From an uncultured Rhodospirillaceae bacterium (GTDB taxonomy: Bacteria; Pseudomonadota; Alphaproteobacteria; MPNO01; UBA830): DNA of 64,000 nt. The notes under the pieces were generated by a model. The model made no database searches. It saw nothing but the letters and a program-made list of their open reading frames with translations, and was not told the origin of the DNA. Shown piece by piece: positions 60,660 to 64,000 of the stretch (its first letter is position 1; every line of letters starts with the position of its first letter). The translations under genes and the position numbers were made by a program. The DNA lies in NCBI GenBank assembly GCA_963977005.1, contig CAXBMQ010000012.1:4307-68306 (forward strand), given 5' to 3'.

Positions 60660-61672
60660 TGCGCTGGCTTGTCACCGGTGGCTGCGGCTTTATCGGCACC
60701 AGCCTGATCCGCGAACTTGTCGCCGAAGGCGGACACACCATCCGCGTCCTCGATAACCTGACGGTCGGCACACGCGCGGATCTGTCGGAAATCACCGGGT
60801 ACCGCGAAACCCCGCCGGGCGACGCACGCGCCATGACCGATACGTTCGCATCCGGCACCGTCGAGCTCATCGAAGGCGATATCCGCGATTCGGCGATGTG
60901 CCTGCGGGCGGCCGAAGGTGCCGAAGCGATCGTTCATCTTGCCGCATCGACCGGGGTCGAGCCATCCGTCCTGGAACCCCGTTTCGACTGCGAAACCAAT
61001 ATCGTCGGCACGCTGAACATGCTCGAAGCGGCACGGCATGGTGGCGCGAACCGTTTCGTGTTCGCGTCTTCAGGCGCGCCGATCGGCGAATGCGAACCGC
61101 CGATCCACGAAGAAATGGCGGCACATCCCGTGTCGCCGTACGGCGCTAGCAAGCTGGCGGGCGAAGGCTATTGCTCGGCCTATTTCCGCAGCTTTTCTGT
61201 CGAAACCGTCGCCCTTCGCTTCGGCAACGTCTACGGGCCGGGATCGGGTCACAAATCCAGCGTCGTCGCCAAGTTCATCCAGAATGCGATGAAGGGACAC
61301 AAGCTCGAAATATACGGCAACGGCCGGCAGACGCGCGACTTCATCTATATCGGCGACCTCGTCCGCGCGGTACGCAATGCCGCGACAAAGCCGTGTATCG
61401 GGGGCGAGATATTCCAGATCGCGACCAACGCCGAAACAACCGTTGGCGAACTGGTCGATATCCTCGTCCCGGTGATGAAACACGCGGGCATCGCGAACGC
61501 CGAAGTGATCCACGGCGAAGCCCGGACGGGCGACGTGATGCGCAATTTTTCGGACACGTCGAAGGCGGCCCGCAGCCTCGACTGGAAAGCCGAAATCGAT
61601 CTGCCAACCGGGCTTGGGCGAACCGTTCGCTGGTTCGTCGAACGCGCCGAAAAGCAGTCTGCCGCCGCATGA
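60659..61672 (+). CDS. NAD-dependent epimerase/dehydratase (GalE/WbpP-like SDR)
   Basis: The ATG at 60659 shares its A with the sqdB TGA. GGCGFIGTSL Rossmann motif, S..YGASK catalytic triad region. 337 aa. The ORF-track N-terminal extension to 60320 is Arg-rich and lies out of frame over sqdB. Confidence 0.85.
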   Translation: MRWLVTGGCGFIGTSLIRELVAEGGHTIRVLDNLTVGTRADLSEITGYRETPPGDARAMTDTFASGTVELIEGDIRDSAMCLRAAEGAEAIVHLAASTGVEPSVLEPRFDCETNIVGTLNMLEAARHGGANRFVFASSGAPIGECEPPIHEEMAAHPVSPYGASKLAGEGYCSAYFRSFSVETVALRFGNVYGPGSGHKSSVVAKFIQNAMKGHKLEIYGNGRQTRDFIYIGDLVRAVRNAATKPCIGGEIFQIATNAETTVGELVDILVPVMKHAGIANAEVIHGEARTGDVMRNFSDTSKAARSLDWKAEIDLPTGLGRTVRWFVERAEKQSAAA

Positions 61673-61765
61673 CGACCGGCGTTCCCCCGATACGGGCCTT
61701 AAGGCTCCTGCCGGCGGGCGCGCGCGCCTTGCGCGACGTGAACGCCTAGTCGGAGACCCGGTCGA

Positions 61766-63241
61766 ATGACATCGATCCCGGCAACAGTATCCATCGACAG
61801 CAAGGGCGAGCAGCAGGCTTCCTGGATCATCCTTTTTACGGGAATCCTGAGCAGCACGGCGCTTGTCCTATTCGCATCCGGTGACATCGGCCTGAAGATC
61901 ACGGCCATGTTCATCCTCTGCGGTGCTGCCAGTGCTGCAGTCAAATTCGATATCGCCCACCCGTTCGTCTGGTTTGCCGGTGCCTTCACCCTGTATTCGA
62001 TAAGTGGGCCTCTGCTGTTTCATATGGGTGTCCACCCCTATGTCACCTGGGGCGGATACCGGATCGAAGAACTCGGCTTTGCGGCCGCAATGGACTACCA
62101 GTTCTTCGCTTTACTCATCGCCCTTATCATTATCGGACCGCGCCGGGTGACCTTTGCGCATTCCATGTCCAGCCAGGCGTCGAGCGCCCTGTTCCGGGGT
62201 GCCCTGCCTGTTCTGGTTGTGGCCTGCGTCATCGGTCTCGCCAACATTTTCCAGATCATGTCTCAGGATTTCTCGAGCAAGGGCGATGTCGTCCTGACCG
62301 GTGACTGGACCACACGCCTGAGTTTTGCGTTCAACATCGCGGCGACCGCCCTGGGCGTATATCTTGCCAAACTCTTTTCCGAAGGGCGCCCGATCGCCGC
62401 CTACACCACGCTGATTATCGTGATTACGGTCGGTATCGCCATGGTTCTTCTTATCGGACAGCGGCACTTTCTGTTCCGTGCCGGACTTGTCAGCCTGCTG
62501 GTCTTTCACATTTTTCACCAGCGGATATCCATCCGCTCGCTGCTTGTCCTTGCCGGGTTTGCCTTGACGCTTTCGTCCATCCTGGGCGGCTACAAGATGA
62601 GCCTCGTCGTCCAGGAACTCGCGCCCGCCGGCAACGCTTCCCTGTGGGAGCAGACGCAGCTTGCGATTTCGCTCAAGAACCCTGAATTTCTGAACAACTC
62701 GACATTCATGCAGTTCGTCAAAGTCGCCCTCGCGGCCGCCCTGGGCAGCGAGGCAATGACACCCGGCAATAACATGGCGATGCTGCTGGCGCGCGTTCCG
62801 CAGGATCTGCCTTACTTCTATGGCTCGACGGTGCCGGGCGATCTGCTGCGGTCCGTCCTGCCGGGTTTCATTATTCAGCCCTATGTCGAAACCACCAGCG
62901 TCGTATACAACCGCCTGGTCTTTCCCGATACGGCAGCCACCGGCGGCGGTGTCGGCTTTACGATCGCCGGATACGGTTACCTGCATTTCGGTCAGATCGG
63001 GCTTGTTGCGATCATGCTGCTGATCGGAGCGTCGCTGCGCCGAATATATAACTGGGCTGCCCGGTCATCGACCGGACTGATGTTCTATATCGGGTTCTTC
63101 CCGGTCGCGGTCTATGTCGCGCGCAACGACATCACCGGACCACTCTCACAAGGCCTGAAACATGTGTTGCTGCCGCTCGTCGCGATGTCCGTCGTGGCCC
63201 ATTTCATGGGAGATCGCGCCGTCCGGAAACAATCCGGATAG
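61766..63241 (+). CDS. Polytopic membrane protein, possible oligosaccharide repeat-unit polymerase (Wzy-like)
   Basis: 491 aa with 10 or more TM segments and a larger loop in the C-terminal half. Located in a sugar-nucleotide cluster. Confidence 0.45.
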   Translation: MTSIPATVSIDSKGEQQASWIILFTGILSSTALVLFASGDIGLKITAMFILCGAASAAVKFDIAHPFVWFAGAFTLYSISGPLLFHMGVHPYVTWGGYRIEELGFAAAMDYQFFALLIALIIIGPRRVTFAHSMSSQASSALFRGALPVLVVACVIGLANIFQIMSQDFSSKGDVVLTGDWTTRLSFAFNIAATALGVYLAKLFSEGRPIAAYTTLIIVITVGIAMVLLIGQRHFLFRAGLVSLLVFHIFHQRISIRSLLVLAGFALTLSSILGGYKMSLVVQELAPAGNASLWEQTQLAISLKNPEFLNNSTFMQFVKVALAAALGSEAMTPGNNMAMLLARVPQDLPYFYGSTVPGDLLRSVLPGFIIQPYVETTSVVYNRLVFPDTAATGGGVGFTIAGYGYLHFGQIGLVAIMLLIGASLRRIYNWAARSSTGLMFYIGFFPVAVYVARNDITGPLSQGLKHVLLPLVAMSVVAHFMGDRAVRKQSG

Positions 63242-63307
63242 CGCAACACACACAATGAAAACAACCCTGCCGCCAAGAAGGACGAATTATTTCGGCCATC
63301 GGAAAAT

Positions 63308-63991
63308 ATGGAAACCGCAATGACCCCTGCCACTATCCTCCGCCAGATTTATGCGACCTACGACGCCGGATACAAGCGCCGGAACGCGCTCTTCGCGCTT
63401 CACCGGAAGATCATCCAATCGCCGCGCGTCACGCGGATGCTGTTTGGCATCGACGTCGATCGGACATTCGTCAAAAACGGCTTTTTCGACCTGACGACGC
63501 TCCTGCTCAAATGGGAACTGCAGGCCCGTCTGCGTGCATTCAATGACCCGAAACTGCTCGAGATCGGTGTGGGACGTTTCGCGGTTCTGTCAGGCTGGCT
63601 GTCTCAGCATGTCAAACAGCGCATTGTCGCCTGCGACTTCGATCCGATCGCGTACGAATCCGCGAAGGTACACGTCCACCGGAACGACCTCGATATCGAG
63701 GTTCTGCAGTCGGACGTCCTGAGCGCGGTCCCTGCCGGTCGCTATGACCTCGTGTACTGGAACCTTCCCTATTACGACGACCCGGAACCGCTGCTGTCAC
63801 GCCTGTTCGAGGCCGCACCCGGCTATCTGTCGGATCGGGGAACGATGACCCTCGGCTTCAACGGCAAGCCGCTGCCGGTCTCGACCGTGATCGATATTCT
63901 CGGTCGCTACCCGGAACTGGAGGTCGAAAGCGTGAGAAGCTACTGGTGGAACCTTCATGCACTCGTCTCGATAAAGCGTGCTTCCGTCTGA
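63308..63991 (+). CDS. Class I SAM-dependent methyltransferase with an NPPY-type (N-LPY) motif (HemK/PrmC-like small domain)
   Basis: SAM motif I LEIGVGRFAVLSGW, acidic loop ACDFDP, motif IV VYWNLPYY. Confidence 0.6.
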   Translation: METAMTPATILRQIYATYDAGYKRRNALFALHRKIIQSPRVTRMLFGIDVDRTFVKNGFFDLTTLLLKWELQARLRAFNDPKLLEIGVGRFAVLSGWLSQHVKQRIVACDFDPIAYESAKVHVHRNDLDIEVLQSDVLSAVPAGRYDLVYWNLPYYDDPEPLLSRLFEAAPGYLSDRGTMTLGFNGKPLPVSTVIDILGRYPELEVESVRSYWWNLHALVSIKRASV

Positions 63992-64000
63992 GGCGGCAGG

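Overview
This is a high-GC (~63%) chromosomal window, most likely from an alphaproteobacterium, and the ribF-ileS-lspA-DUF3035 gene order suggests Rhodospirillales. I support about 61 protein-coding genes and no rRNA, tRNA or CRISPR.

Housekeeping genes: rsmD, a pseudouridine synthase, a MATE efflux pump, mutL, pgi, two M16 peptidases, lspA, ileS, ribF and a MaoC dehydratase.

Signalling and ion transport: a GGDEF cyclase, a DUF62 SAM hydroxide adenosyltransferase, a bacterial voltage-gated Na+ channel, and four TauE/SafE permeases, three of them in tandem.

The SOS mutagenesis cassette imuA-imuB-dnaE2 is complete. It has a perfect GAAC-N7-GAAC LexA box upstream. An extra degenerate Y1 HuH 'transposase-like' gene is translationally coupled to imuB. 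imuA carries an in-frame 24-bp tandem repeat encoding (GPPGLDID)n.

Stress and envelope genes: a peroxidase trio (AhpD-like, DyP, VOC), an Mla/Pqi-like lipid ABC system, a GldG/DUF4340 ABC system, and hsp20 with an RpoH promoter and a ROSE-like leader.

A cluster of unknown substrate spans 46.7-57.0 kb. It contains an SsuA-like ABC importer, a MetE-like protein, a TetR regulator, a Gfo/Idh/MocA oxidoreductase, DUF993, a TIM-barrel isomerase, an LVIVD beta-propeller and a bicupin. A duplicated 54-bp palindromic operator suggests the TetR regulator controls it.

At the 3' end a glycan-type cluster contains an unmistakable UDP-sulfoquinovose synthase (SQD1/SqdB/Agl3 ortholog). It is translationally coupled to a PseB-like dehydratase and an epimerase, and followed by a Wzy-like membrane protein and an NPPY methyltransferase. 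This suggests a sulfoquinovose-containing surface glycan rather than sulfolipid.
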